Source: Candidatus Obscuribacterales bacterium (lineage in GTDB: Bacteria; Cyanobacteriota; Vampirovibrionia; Obscuribacterales; Obscuribacteraceae). Taken from it: a DNA stretch of 64,000 nt. How positions within the stretch are numbered: position 1 is the stretch's first letter; each line of letters starts with the position of its first letter. The notes under the pieces are model-generated. The model had not been told where the DNA came from, did not search any database, and was given only the letters and a program-made list of their open reading frames with translations. Both the position numbers and the translations under genes were made by a program. Location of the stretch: NCBI GenBank assembly GCA_965228855.1, contig CBDDIJ010000003.1, forward strand, positions 2,560,001-2,624,000, read 5' to 3'. This document shows, piece after piece, positions 20,201 to 28,841 of the stretch.

Positions 20201-23200
20201 CAAGCATCGACACTTGGTTTCGGCGTGGGCTCCAGCCTCAGCGCCACAGGTTCCATCTACATCAATACCGGTAACATCAACCTCAATGGCGCTCTGGTTT
20301 CCGGAAACGCCGGCATCACCTTTATCGGAGACACCGACCTCGTTGTTGATGGCACCGTCGGCGGTAGCAGTTTGAGTTCCAACGCCGGTAACTCGATCTC
20401 CTTTATCTCGGCGAACGGCAACCTAACCACCAATGGACTGCTCAACTTTACCGGCGGTAACGCTGTGATGACGTTGCAGAATAACAACGGTGTAAACTCG
20501 TTCACAAACAACGGTACGCTCAACGGCGATACGATGAACGACCTGATCATCACAGCGAAAGTCTACAACGCGAATGGCACGGTCCAAAATTTCGCGAACA
20601 CGATCATCATAGAAGGAAACACAATCGCCAACTCCAACGGCGACGTGGTTCTTCCCAGCAACTTGATCTTCAATGGTCAGGACCTTGCAATCATCGCGTC
20701 GGGCAATATTACAGGAACGCTGACTGAAATCAACCTCGGCTCCGGCACCGGAGCTGGTGGCAACCTCACTATCCTCGCGGGCGTCGCATTCACACCAGCA
20801 ACGATTGGACAGATTCAATCAGCCGATCCATTCACGATCACGACAGCTAGTTCATCCGGCGGCAAAATCGATCTGGGAAGTGCCAACATCATCACCAGCA
20901 GTACCGTCGGTAATGGCGGTAATGTAGTGATGGCTGCTTTCGCAGGAGCGAATGCCAGTTTATCAACGATTACCGTCGGCGGAATTGATACACAGGCAGC
21001 GACTGGGTTCACCAGTGGTTCCGTAACAATTATCGCTCCTGGCAATATCAGTACTGCAGCTATCAATACGGGCTCAACGAGCAAAAACGGCGTAATAACC
21101 GTGAATGCCGCTAGACCCGGATTGAACGGAAATATCGTCGTGACCAATGGCTCTGCGACCGGCTTAAACAACCTGTTTGCAGAAGCGTTTGCTGCCGGCG
21201 GCATTGACGTCGGTCCAATGAGCGCTTTAACCGCCAACTTGAGTTCGACCACAGGCAACATCGCGACTACCGGTACGAGTGGAAACCTAACGAACTTGAA
21301 TGTGACGACTACCTCGGGTAACTTCGACAGCTCAGGCTTTGTTTACACAGTCTCCAATGCCGTGTTTAACTCGAACTCCGGTAACTTTACAGTTACCGGA
21401 CTGAACTATCAAAATCTGACTTCTAATGTTGACACCGGAACTGTGTCGGTCACGAACAACCAGATAACTCTGATTGTGCAAGGAGCGACGGGTTCGGCTC
21501 AGAACCTCATACTCGGCGGAGCAACCTCCGGCGTACGAATCGATGGTCCTATAGATCTCGGAACTGGTGATTTAACAGTCACAAGTCAGAGCATCGCGTC
21601 TAATGCTATCGAAGTAAACGGCACAATCAACGCGAACAACATCTCGATGAGTACCAGTATCGGAAGTGGCAGCATCGCCCTCAACGAAACGATAACTGGA
21701 GCCGGCACCATCACGCTGACTTCGGTCGGCACTATCGATCAGCTATCTGGCAAGACCATAAACGGCGGAGACCTGATCGTCAGTGAAGCGACGTCGACGA
21801 TGGCGGGGCTCGCTCTGGCTGTCAGCTCTCTGCAATTGAACAGTGCAACGGACTTCGTTTTCACCCAAACCGGTAACCTGGAACTGCGTTCGCTCAACGC
21901 CAACTCAGTGACTGGCACCGTATTCGGTGGCAACGTCACAACCGGTGCCGCCATCACTGTTCCGACTCTGGATCTGGCGGTGGTGAATGGCGGTGTGACA
22001 ATTTCCCACGCAATCACGGCGTCGACGCTGTTTAAGGTCTCAGCGGCAAATAACATCACCACGGCAGGCAGCGGTTTAATCACAACCGCGAAACTGGATC
22101 TGGTGAGCGATACCGGTAGCATCGGCACCAGCGGTTCTCTGCTGGCGATCAACAGCCCTGACCTCGACATCACGGCGACAACGGGCAATGTGTACATCAG
22201 CAATGCCAACGCCACGGCTACTGAATTGTTCACGCTCGAAACCACGGGTGTGGTCCAGATCGAGACGGTCGGTACACTGGAGAGCACTCGCCCGATAACA
22301 GGCTCGACTGTCACGTTGAAAGCGTCAGGATTCACCCTGATTGGCCCAGTCACAGCCACAGCCTTGATCGATATAAATCAAACTGCTGGCGACATAACAC
22401 TCGCTGAGTTTTCCGGCGGCCTGACCGGCACGGCTCTGAGATTGAATGCCACCGCAGGTAAGGTCGGCTCGAGCGCAACCCCATTTGCTGCTGTAGCTGG
22501 TTTCAACACCATCTCGGCATTCGGCAATGCGGTCTATGTCACCAGCGCGAACACCACTGGTGTCACGCTCTCGGGTGGTCTGGCCAACGGTGCTGTCGGC
22601 GCCGGCGACTTCGAGTTCAGAACAACCGGACCGCTCACCGTTTCCGGCAACGTCGAATCGACGAATGGCGCAATCCTGTTGCAAAATACAGCCGGTCTGT
22701 TGCAGATCGGAGCAGGTATCACCATCCTCGGTGACACAGCGATCAATATCACCAACACCGGTAGCGTCGATGAAGTCGATAGAATCGCAATCGGTGCAAA
22801 CGCAACGATTATGACCGACACAACGACCAAGACTGGTGGAGCTGGACAAATCAACATCGTTCAAGGCGTACCTGCGACCGGAAAGGTTCGCAAAAACATC
22901 AAGAACGTCGTTCAAAACCTCCAGGGTGGTGGCACGATTCTGTTCGGCGGATCGAAAGCATCGTATATCGCTCAAGCCCCGGATAACGTCTTCAACGCAA
23001 TCGGCGCAAACATATACTTCAGCACCGACCAAAGTAAGAAAGACGGGGGCTTGACAATCGGCGGTGGTGTCACAATCACAGCTGACCCGCCGGTGCCGGC
23101 AGGTTCCGCGACCATCAGCTATGGTGTGAGAAACGCAGCTCCCACAACGTTGGAACTGAATGCGACCCAACCGGTTAACGCGGACACCGCAAACATCGCT

Positions 23201-23989
23201 AACGTTTCTCTCGTTAACGCAGTCAACGCACCAGCAGTGACCTTCAATCAAGCACAAAACAGCATCGCTAACAGCTTGCTCAACCTGGCCACGAACGATG
23301 CTAGATTGCCTGGACTGGTTAGCGATTCCAGCGACAACTCCTATATCGTTTCAACCCAACCGTCGACTTTCGAAGTTGATGCGCCGGTCTGCAGCGATAT
23401 GAACATTGCCATCACCGGCGGTGCAGCAGGAATGGCTGGAACTAAGGGAATTGCAACGATGCCACACAGCGAGATCGTCACACTGAACAACGGAAACGCT
23501 CTGTTCGTTCCTTCCAAGGACACGACAGTCGTCACTCCGAAAGGCACTGTGAAGCTTGCTGCGAACTCGGTTGCGATGGTTATGGTCGATGAGAACCAGT
23601 TGTCGGTTTACGACATCAACGATCACCACAAACGCAGCGTCACGATTGAAGCAGGTGGACGATCCATCGCGCTCTCTCCCGGTCGCCACGTTTCGATCGC
23701 AAGTGTTCGCGCCGCTCAGTTCTCCGACGTCAACCCGCTGGAAGCAATGATGCACAGATCGGTTTCATCTCAAGAAATCGGCGACAAGACAGCCTTCACG
23801 AGCGAATTCTCAATGCCGGCAGCAGTTCAAGTAATGAAACCGCTGAAAGCCATCTTCGCTTCCGACAACGAGAACGCCAAGAAAGTTGCGCAACGCGTTT
23901 TGAAAACATCTGCGGTCATCATGCAAGTTTCCGGCAACACGGCTCCGTTCGAGCACCACGTTCGTCCACGCAGAGTGGCGTTCAACTAA
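17201..23989 (+). CDS. Giant secreted beta-helical (filamentous-haemagglutinin-like) surface protein
   Basis: GGAGA RBS before ATG 17201, signal-like N-term, G/N/T/S-rich repeats (LNNSGTV, GGNVNI, GNLTIL), distinct C-terminal domain. Confidence 0.85.
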   Translation: MSKKIVRDRGSFSKNWAAVIAGSLMVASTQQSHAANENSFRAFRDNNPNLDRATQRQMFREQRGIERTQNLGIQTPALNVPTNALPSVDSSSRAVRQLERRLENNGTRNQTFQALDGQLVRVNKGIDLDLTSTTRNITLGSNLFNNATELTIKVGGNEKTVSAGDQVSAAEYVAVKQLLSGGGQKVQLDAQGRATGGDVDLSVLTNGNDTMRASDLVVPVNVTAIGDFGRGSDFRLLGDLNNSGTVHALTTGVRKNSGGALRADDIINNSGALIQSDVSNLLVDASGNFVNAGTISANGNITLQAGGSLTNSGSVSASGDVGINSNNVTNTGTIASTTGDVNFNGADTAALLINNAGGTVSAERGAINFRSEAYTGAFDNNINGGDFVSKTFNTHSGLGTSYVNVNQLTGTVNQTGAAAHVQAATENLEIGTVCLTGDPTYRNTMGSITVAGDITVAEALTIIAEGDILVNDGVHLDAGTTNSGFDVTLIAGADITGVSGGANIPTIPPGISGSVTINGNASTTGGSVLFGANTVINTRGTSQGTPANGGNVNIFAFEGASAGSGSVDMGGTTVRTAGRVSGTNGNVTIVAGASTGNSIVIGQLITDQGGAGTGSNISISSAQPISSGGQITWNANGQRTTAAELIASADTRNGNVIFAGGQVVANDTITVQTGGNITLTNTTDIATNTGSGFVYLASGGTLTGDANSQVAGENIYLFANGNIGASGTPFVVQANNLNVESTTGSAYIHNELGGVILTNGNQQVAGDFVLSSIGNIAVRSNIIATNVSLSAGNNLTFNAQGHINASGTVDLSAVNSITANANSTVSGTELTINFSTGTLDLKTNVDGLTVTAGDFVSVHNAKSLTIHDVTLLNNFSADTTAAGDLTLDGDINVTQVSLANANGNIVLDGDISAAQVALSALGGPGAIDRVSGSISAGGLSILAGDGGVGMTGALDISAANTINVNSTTTGADVNLVYSGTGITNLIGANDIFGDFSLEAKQASTLGFGVGSSLSATGSIYINTGNINLNGALVSGNAGITFIGDTDLVVDGTVGGSSLSSNAGNSISFISANGNLTTNGLLNFTGGNAVMTLQNNNGVNSFTNNGTLNGDTMNDLIITAKVYNANGTVQNFANTIIIEGNTIANSNGDVVLPSNLIFNGQDLAIIASGNITGTLTEINLGSGTGAGGNLTILAGVAFTPATIGQIQSADPFTITTASSSGGKIDLGSANIITSSTVGNGGNVVMAAFAGANASLSTITVGGIDTQAATGFTSGSVTIIAPGNISTAAINTGSTSKNGVITVNAARPGLNGNIVVTNGSATGLNNLFAEAFAAGGIDVGPMSALTANLSSTTGNIATTGTSGNLTNLNVTTTSGNFDSSGFVYTVSNAVFNSNSGNFTVTGLNYQNLTSNVDTGTVSVTNNQITLIVQGATGSAQNLILGGATSGVRIDGPIDLGTGDLTVTSQSIASNAIEVNGTINANNISMSTSIGSGSIALNETITGAGTITLTSVGTIDQLSGKTINGGDLIVSEATSTMAGLALAVSSLQLNSATDFVFTQTGNLELRSLNANSVTGTVFGGNVTTGAAITVPTLDLAVVNGGVTISHAITASTLFKVSAANNITTAGSGLITTAKLDLVSDTGSIGTSGSLLAINSPDLDITATTGNVYISNANATATELFTLETTGVVQIETVGTLESTRPITGSTVTLKASGFTLIGPVTATALIDINQTAGDITLAEFSGGLTGTALRLNATAGKVGSSATPFAAVAGFNTISAFGNAVYVTSANTTGVTLSGGLANGAVGAGDFEFRTTGPLTVSGNVESTNGAILLQNTAGLLQIGAGITILGDTAINITNTGSVDEVDRIAIGANATIMTDTTTKTGGAGQINIVQGVPATGKVRKNIKNVVQNLQGGGTILFGGSKASYIAQAPDNVFNAIGANIYFSTDQSKKDGGLTIGGGVTITADPPVPAGSATISYGVRNAAPTTLELNATQPVNADTANIANVSLVNAVNAPAVTFNQAQNSIANSLLNLATNDARLPGLVSDSSDNSYIVSTQPSTFEVDAPVCSDMNIAITGGAAGMAGTKGIATMPHSEIVTLNNGNALFVPSKDTTVVTPKGTVKLAANSVAMVMVDENQLSVYDINDHHKRSVTIEAGGRSIALSPGRHVSIASVRAAQFSDVNPLEAMMHRSVSSQEIGDKTAFTSEFSMPAAVQVMKPLKAIFASDNENAKKVAQRVLKTSAVIMQVSGNTAPFEHHVRPRRVAFN

Positions 23990-24057
23990 AGATGAACTCT
24001 GAATGTTTCAATCGACTGCCAAACGCAGTTTATTGACACGCAGAAATTATCGAATTG

Positions 24058-24092
24058 AAACCGTCAGGCCTGGCGCCTGGCGGTTTTCGTTT
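24058..24092 (+). terminator. Intrinsic terminator
   Basis: AAACCGTCAGGC / GCCTGGCGGTTT hairpin with T tail. Confidence 0.6.
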
Positions 24093-24261
24093 AAAATCCA
24101 GCAGCCGAGCCTAAACTTCTTAACCGCACTCGATTCAACCTTTAGTAGAATGCGAAGTGAACGGGGAGCTCAGATGAGTAAAACCCAATCTTCCGCCGCC
24201 CTAATTGCGCCAAACCAGTCGGTAAAACGTCTGCTGATACCAGCTGGCCACGGAGGTCCAA

Positions 24262-24915
24262 TTGATGTTGAAACCGAATCGCCAAAGTTTACTCATTGCA
24301 ATGGCTATTTCTGCCGGAGTTGCGCAGCCGGCGTTTTGTGAGAACCAACCCGCTGCAGGTTCAAGCCAGAAACCGTCGACCTCGAGCCAGACGCAATCAC
24401 CCGTGCCTCAGTCTAACCAGCCATCTGATAGTTCGAACGTGCCCGCGACGGTGCAGCAGCAGGCTGTCGGAACGGCTCCCACATTAGGAGAAGTCCTTGA
24501 TCGGGAGGCGCAGCAACAGGGACAGAGCGCGCCTCTCGGTTATCCATCTAATCCCCCCGCCTACGCGCAAGGCGCTCCAGTTGTTCCACCAAACACTTCT
24601 GCGTATCCACAAACACCGCAGGGCTCGCCAGGCTACGCGCCCAATGCGTATCCGCAAAACAGTTATCCAGGAGGCGGAGTGAGAGCAGGCGTCGGAAATA
24701 TTTTGAACGAAGTGCGCGGCATGGTTCAAAATATGGTGCAGGTAAATCCGGGCTCCGAGAACGTCAGAGTTCGCGTTCCCTTCGTAAACGTCGATGTAAA
24801 TCACGGACAACCGAATGTGAAAGTAAATGCACCATTCGTGAAGGTCGATAAGACGCCGGATGCACCGGTCTCTGTCAACGCCCCATTCGTAAATGTCTCA
24901 CCACCAAACCCCTGA
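24262..24915 (+). CDS. Secreted Pro/Gln-rich hypothetical protein
   Basis: Signal peptide (...AQPAFC), C-terminal VxxPFV repeats. Confidence 0.75.
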   Translation: MMLKPNRQSLLIAMAISAGVAQPAFCENQPAAGSSQKPSTSSQTQSPVPQSNQPSDSSNVPATVQQQAVGTAPTLGEVLDREAQQQGQSAPLGYPSNPPAYAQGAPVVPPNTSAYPQTPQGSPGYAPNAYPQNSYPGGGVRAGVGNILNEVRGMVQNMVQVNPGSENVRVRVPFVNVDVNHGQPNVKVNAPFVKVDKTPDAPVSVNAPFVNVSPPNP

Positions 24916-24933
24916 TTCTCGCGCGAGAAAAAC

Positions 24934-26085
24934 TTACCGCGCCGGCAACCACACGCAGAACTTGGCGCCCTTTTCCTGCGGTTCCAACCATATTTTGCCG
25001 TTGTGTTGCGTCACGATCTTCTTACAAATCGCCAGACCCATCCCGGTTGATTCCGCATCGGGTCCGCCATCCAGTCGGTGAAATAGTTTAAAAACATCGT
25101 TTTTGTAAACGCTGTCGATGCCGATTCCATTGTCTTCTATTTCAAAAAGGTACCCGCCGTTTTCTTCCGATGAACTGATGCGTATGCGTGGTTTCTCCGC
25201 ACTGCGATACTTGATAGCGTTGGAGACCAGTTCTTTAAACAGATAAACCAATTGCGATCGATTTGCCGGCAGAGAGGGAAGTTCGCCACGAATCACATCG
25301 CAGTTACCAGAGTCAGCGTGAAGTTCCGAAAGCGCATCGTCTAAAACGCGACCGATGAAAACGGTTTCGCGTTCAAAATTCGGTCTGGCTACTCGCGCGT
25401 AGACCCAGATGTCATCGACCATTCGGGCGACCAGAGCGCTCGATGATGTAATCTTGTCAATGAATTCGTTGGCATCAGCGCCAAGCCTGTCTTTATATCG
25501 AGCGCTCAAGAGATTGCAATAACGAGCGATTGTGTATATCGGTGCCTGTAACTCGTGCGAAACCACGTAAGCGAGTCGCTGCAACTCCTCGTTGGACTCA
25601 TTTATCAAACGCAGGGTCTCTTCCCTCAGCTGCTCGGCTTGCTTACGCTCAGACAAATCTCTGGTAACTTTCGAGAATCCTATAAGTGTGCCATTCTCAT
25701 TGCGAAGAGCAGTGATCACCACGTTAGCCCAGAATAGGGAACCATCTTTTCGGACCCGCCAGCCCTCCTCCTCGTAACGTCCGGTAGAAGCAGCGAGTTC
25801 CAGTTCCTGCTCAGGGTGCTTCGACTCAGCAGCATCTTGCTCGTAGAACGTGCGAAAGTGTTTTCCAATAATTTCGTCAGGAGCGTAACCCTTGATTTTC
25901 TCGGCGCCCTCGTTCCACGTCATGACGTGACCTTCGGCATCAAGCATGAAAATGGCATAGTCTTTTACGCTGCTGACAAGCAGTCGAAACATTTCATCGG
26001 AGATTTCTTTGTCGTCGCTTAGGCCGGATGCGGGCGCACCGGTCGACACCGCCCGCGGATCAAAGGTCATTGAGTCATCTGCCAT
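24934..26085 (-). CDS. PAS-domain sensor histidine kinase
   Basis: PAS (DYAIFMLD, WNEGAE, RKDGSLFWA), H-box SHELQAP, NAIKY, DNGIGID, GMGLAI. Confidence 0.92.
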   Translation of the reverse strand: MADDSMTFDPRAVSTGAPASGLSDDKEISDEMFRLLVSSVKDYAIFMLDAEGHVMTWNEGAEKIKGYAPDEIIGKHFRTFYEQDAAESKHPEQELELAASTGRYEEEGWRVRKDGSLFWANVVITALRNENGTLIGFSKVTRDLSERKQAEQLREETLRLINESNEELQRLAYVVSHELQAPIYTIARYCNLLSARYKDRLGADANEFIDKITSSSALVARMVDDIWVYARVARPNFERETVFIGRVLDDALSELHADSGNCDVIRGELPSLPANRSQLVYLFKELVSNAIKYRSAEKPRIRISSSEENGGYLFEIEDNGIGIDSVYKNDVFKLFHRLDGGPDAESTGMGLAICKKIVTQHNGKIWLEPQEKGAKFCVWLPAR

Positions 26086-26342
26086 CTAAGAGGTCTCAAG
26101 TTTAGCGTACACGAACAAACTTCATAGCACAACCGACACGTAGTCGTGTAATTCAGGCTTCGCGGCTTGCCGGAAAACTTCGATTTGCCGCTCTCAGTGA
26201 GGCAAACCCTAAAGAGATGGGACAAACACACGTTACGAATCGACACTCAAATTCGTACAGTAGTAGTGAAGAACCTGATGAAATCACAGCCTCGAGAAGA
26301 GCGTGATTTCACACACCCTCAGTTTTTATGCAGGTCGGACAT

Positions 26343-27035
26343 ATGAAAAAAATTCACTCTCTGCGGCTCAGCTCAGCCAAGATTCTATCAACCATTATCG
26401 GGCACACTTACTTAAAAACAAGTGTCGCCCTCGCCGTTCTGACGATCGCGTCATCGGCACCATCGGCCCATGCGCAAGACAAACCCTCAGCGCGTTTCAA
26501 GTTCGCACCTCAATACTATCCCCTGGAACAGGCAAGATATCCTCGAACGCATTACGGAACAGACGTACACTTTCCGGAACGTAATCTACAAACGCCCACC
26601 TCAGTGAAAGCCGGTAGTGTTCCCAACGTAAACTCTTTATTTGGTTTCAACCCGAGCTTCATGGTCCAATCGGCAAATACGAATGTCGCCTGGCAAAACC
26701 TAGCACTACCTGTGATACCAGTACAGCAACCGGTTTACACAGCGAATACTCAGTCGTTACCAGCACCTACAGCTCCGCGATCGAGTTTAATTCAAAGTGA
26801 GAAGCCAGTAGTGAGTAAGACGGTTTCAGCTAGACTGTCGCCTTCGCGAAAACAGCCGGCGCTGAATGCAAAGCCACCGAATTCATCCCGCCAACCGAAT
26901 CATCAGCGTCCATCTAAGCCAGCAAAGATCTTGAAATACGACAATGGCATGTTCGATCCTAGTTCAACCCATCCCGGTTTATACAGCACCGACTCACATG
27001 CCACCACAACTCTGAGCGGAAAAATACTTCGATAA
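26343..27035 (+). CDS. Secreted hypothetical protein
   Basis: Signal-like N-term ending AHA-Q; Pro/Ser-rich. Confidence 0.6.
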   Translation: MKKIHSLRLSSAKILSTIIGHTYLKTSVALAVLTIASSAPSAHAQDKPSARFKFAPQYYPLEQARYPRTHYGTDVHFPERNLQTPTSVKAGSVPNVNSLFGFNPSFMVQSANTNVAWQNLALPVIPVQQPVYTANTQSLPAPTAPRSSLIQSEKPVVSKTVSARLSPSRKQPALNAKPPNSSRQPNHQRPSKPAKILKYDNGMFDPSSTHPGLYSTDSHATTTLSGKILR

Positions 27036-27058
27036 GAAGTGCGTCAAAACTCACAAAA

Positions 27059-27095
27059 AAAACGAGCTCCCGAAACCAGTTCGGAAGCTCGTTTT
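27059..27095. terminator. Bidirectional terminator
   Basis: AAAACGAGCT / AGCTCGTTTT hairpin between convergent genes. Confidence 0.7.
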
Positions 27096-27110
27096 GCTGT
27101 GTCGATCCCG

Positions 27111-27749
27111 TTATTTAGATTGGAAGGTTGAAACTTTTGTGATTTCCTTCATTGCTTCGATTTCCGAAACAGTTGAAATTTGCGCCTCGACGACGACTTC
27201 ATTCTTATCCTTATCGACGGAGACGACCTTCAACGACTTAACAGCTTTTACTGTTTTCAGAAACGTCGGGTCGACGGTCGAACAATTCAAGCGCAGTTTG
27301 ATAAATCTCTTCTCGCCCGGTTTGATTGAGTTGAGCTGAGAATGTACAGATGGTTCAATCTTTCCTGATGAAGTCGATGTGGTTTCAGTAGTCGTGTCAA
27401 CACTCGACTTGACCGCCTCTTTCTTAACTTCGCTCTTCGGCGCATCACCCGGAACGCTCTGCACCGAATAGGGATAACTGGTCCCCGTGTAGTTGTCGGG
27501 TATCGGGCTGCCCTCCGGCAACGTGGGCGAGGTCTTCTGATGACGCTCAGCCCTACCGGAAGTGTAGTAACGCTCATCGATGACGGTCGGTTCCACCTGG
27601 AACATATTCATATCGCGCGGAGCATCAGTAGCCGAGGTTCCCTTATCGGCTGCCACAGCCGGTTGATTGATACCGGGTGCTACGATAACCGCAGCCACCA
27701 ATATCGCTTTAGTAACGGATGATAGATTCGTCGCAATGCTGCTGTACAT
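27111..27749 (-). CDS. Secreted hypothetical protein
   Basis: GAGG RBS, signal peptide (AVA-A), small C-terminal alpha/beta domain. Confidence 0.7.
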   Translation of the reverse strand: MYSSIATNLSSVTKAILVAAVIVAPGINQPAVAADKGTSATDAPRDMNMFQVEPTVIDERYYTSGRAERHQKTSPTLPEGSPIPDNYTGTSYPYSVQSVPGDAPKSEVKKEAVKSSVDTTTETTSTSSGKIEPSVHSQLNSIKPGEKRFIKLRLNCSTVDPTFLKTVKAVKSLKVVSVDKDKNEVVVEAQISTVSEIEAMKEITKVSTFQSK

Positions 27750-27948
27750 CAGTCTTTCCTCTTAGATACTTCGTGCGAACGTGACACGAATAAGCGGCAG
27801 TTTAGCAAAGCCGTTTTCGATCAAGTGTGAAAAGAATTCAAATTATTCTCGGGAACAAACCTTGAAGAGTCCGTCTCTAAGCCGTTGCGAACAGTTTCAA
27901 AGCACCAAGTTTGCAACCCCACGAATTAATGAGACTAATAATTTACCG

Positions 27949-28398
27949 CTAGGCGTCCGGTCTTAGGACGTTTTCAACAGCTGCATTATCAGCATTATAG
28001 CCTTTCATGTGCGCATCAATCATTCGTTTAGTCACAATAAATACCGGCGAAGGAAGTTCGTCAAAACGGTACCACTTCCACTCCGCACATTTCTCTGGCT
28101 CCATCGCAATAGGCTCTCCATCGGGACATTCAGCCACTAGGTCCACGTCGACATAGTGCTTTGTGCCGAACATATAATTACCTATCAAAAGAAATTTTAT
28201 TGCACCGGCGACCAAGCCGGTCTCCTCAAAAACCTCTCGACGAGCGCATTCAGCAAAACTCTCACCATACTCCAGGTGTCCGCCTGGCGCGGCATAAACC
28301 CCAGCCTCATGAGCGCCAATTCTCTTACCCAGAAGATATTTATCGCCACGAATGACCAGAACTCCGACGCCAATCCTTGTCACATCGTCGTTTGCCAT
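27949..28398 (-). CDS. Nudix hydrolase (NUDT15/MutT-like)
   Basis: Nudix box GGHLEYGESFAECARREVFEETGL; EPEKCAEWKWY. Confidence 0.92.
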   Translation of the reverse strand: MANDDVTRIGVGVLVIRGDKYLLGKRIGAHEAGVYAAPGGHLEYGESFAECARREVFEETGLVAGAIKFLLIGNYMFGTKHYVDVDLVAECPDGEPIAMEPEKCAEWKWYRFDELPSPVFIVTKRMIDAHMKGYNADNAAVENVLRPDA

Positions 28399-28407
28399 AG
28401 AGTCCCA

Positions 28408-28767
28408 CTACTGATTACTGTCACCACCAATAGTATCATCGATTTGACTTAATTCGTCTGCTGTAAAAGTACGATTTTGGGAAACTCGACCGGTCAGCCA
28501 GCCAATCAAGTCGCGCGACTCCTGAGGTTTCACTACCGCATCCTTCAAGCGCCCCTTAAGCCAGCCGACCAGCTCCACAACGTCACTCAGAGATATGCTG
28601 CTAGACGTTGAGTCGAATGCCTCAATCTCAGCATTGCTTTCGTCGCTGGAACGAGACGACAGCCAGGCGGAGAGTTCCGCAACCTCCTCAGCAGAAAGGT
28701 TTTCTTCGGTCATGCGTTTCCGAAGCCAATCCGTGAGTTCGCCGATATCCTCTTTCCTCGCCGTCAT
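28408..28767 (-). CDS. Small repeat-helix hypothetical protein
   Basis: Four [ED]LxxWLxxR repeats; GGAAGGA RBS; adjacent to and co-oriented with the Nudix gene. Confidence 0.7.
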   Translation of the reverse strand: MTARKEDIGELTDWLRKRMTEENLSAEEVAELSAWLSSRSSDESNAEIEAFDSTSSSISLSDVVELVGWLKGRLKDAVVKPQESRDLIGWLTGRVSQNRTFTADELSQIDDTIGGDSNQ

Positions 28768-28841
28768 CCTTCCAGTTGCAAGTTTCCTTGAAAATAAATA
28801 TCCATCACTCCATCACAATGTAGCGAAATCTCGGACGAAGG

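Noticed and set aside
17237..23755. Numerous minus-strand ORFs up to 310 aa
   Set aside because: Shadows of the repetitive giant surface-protein gene.
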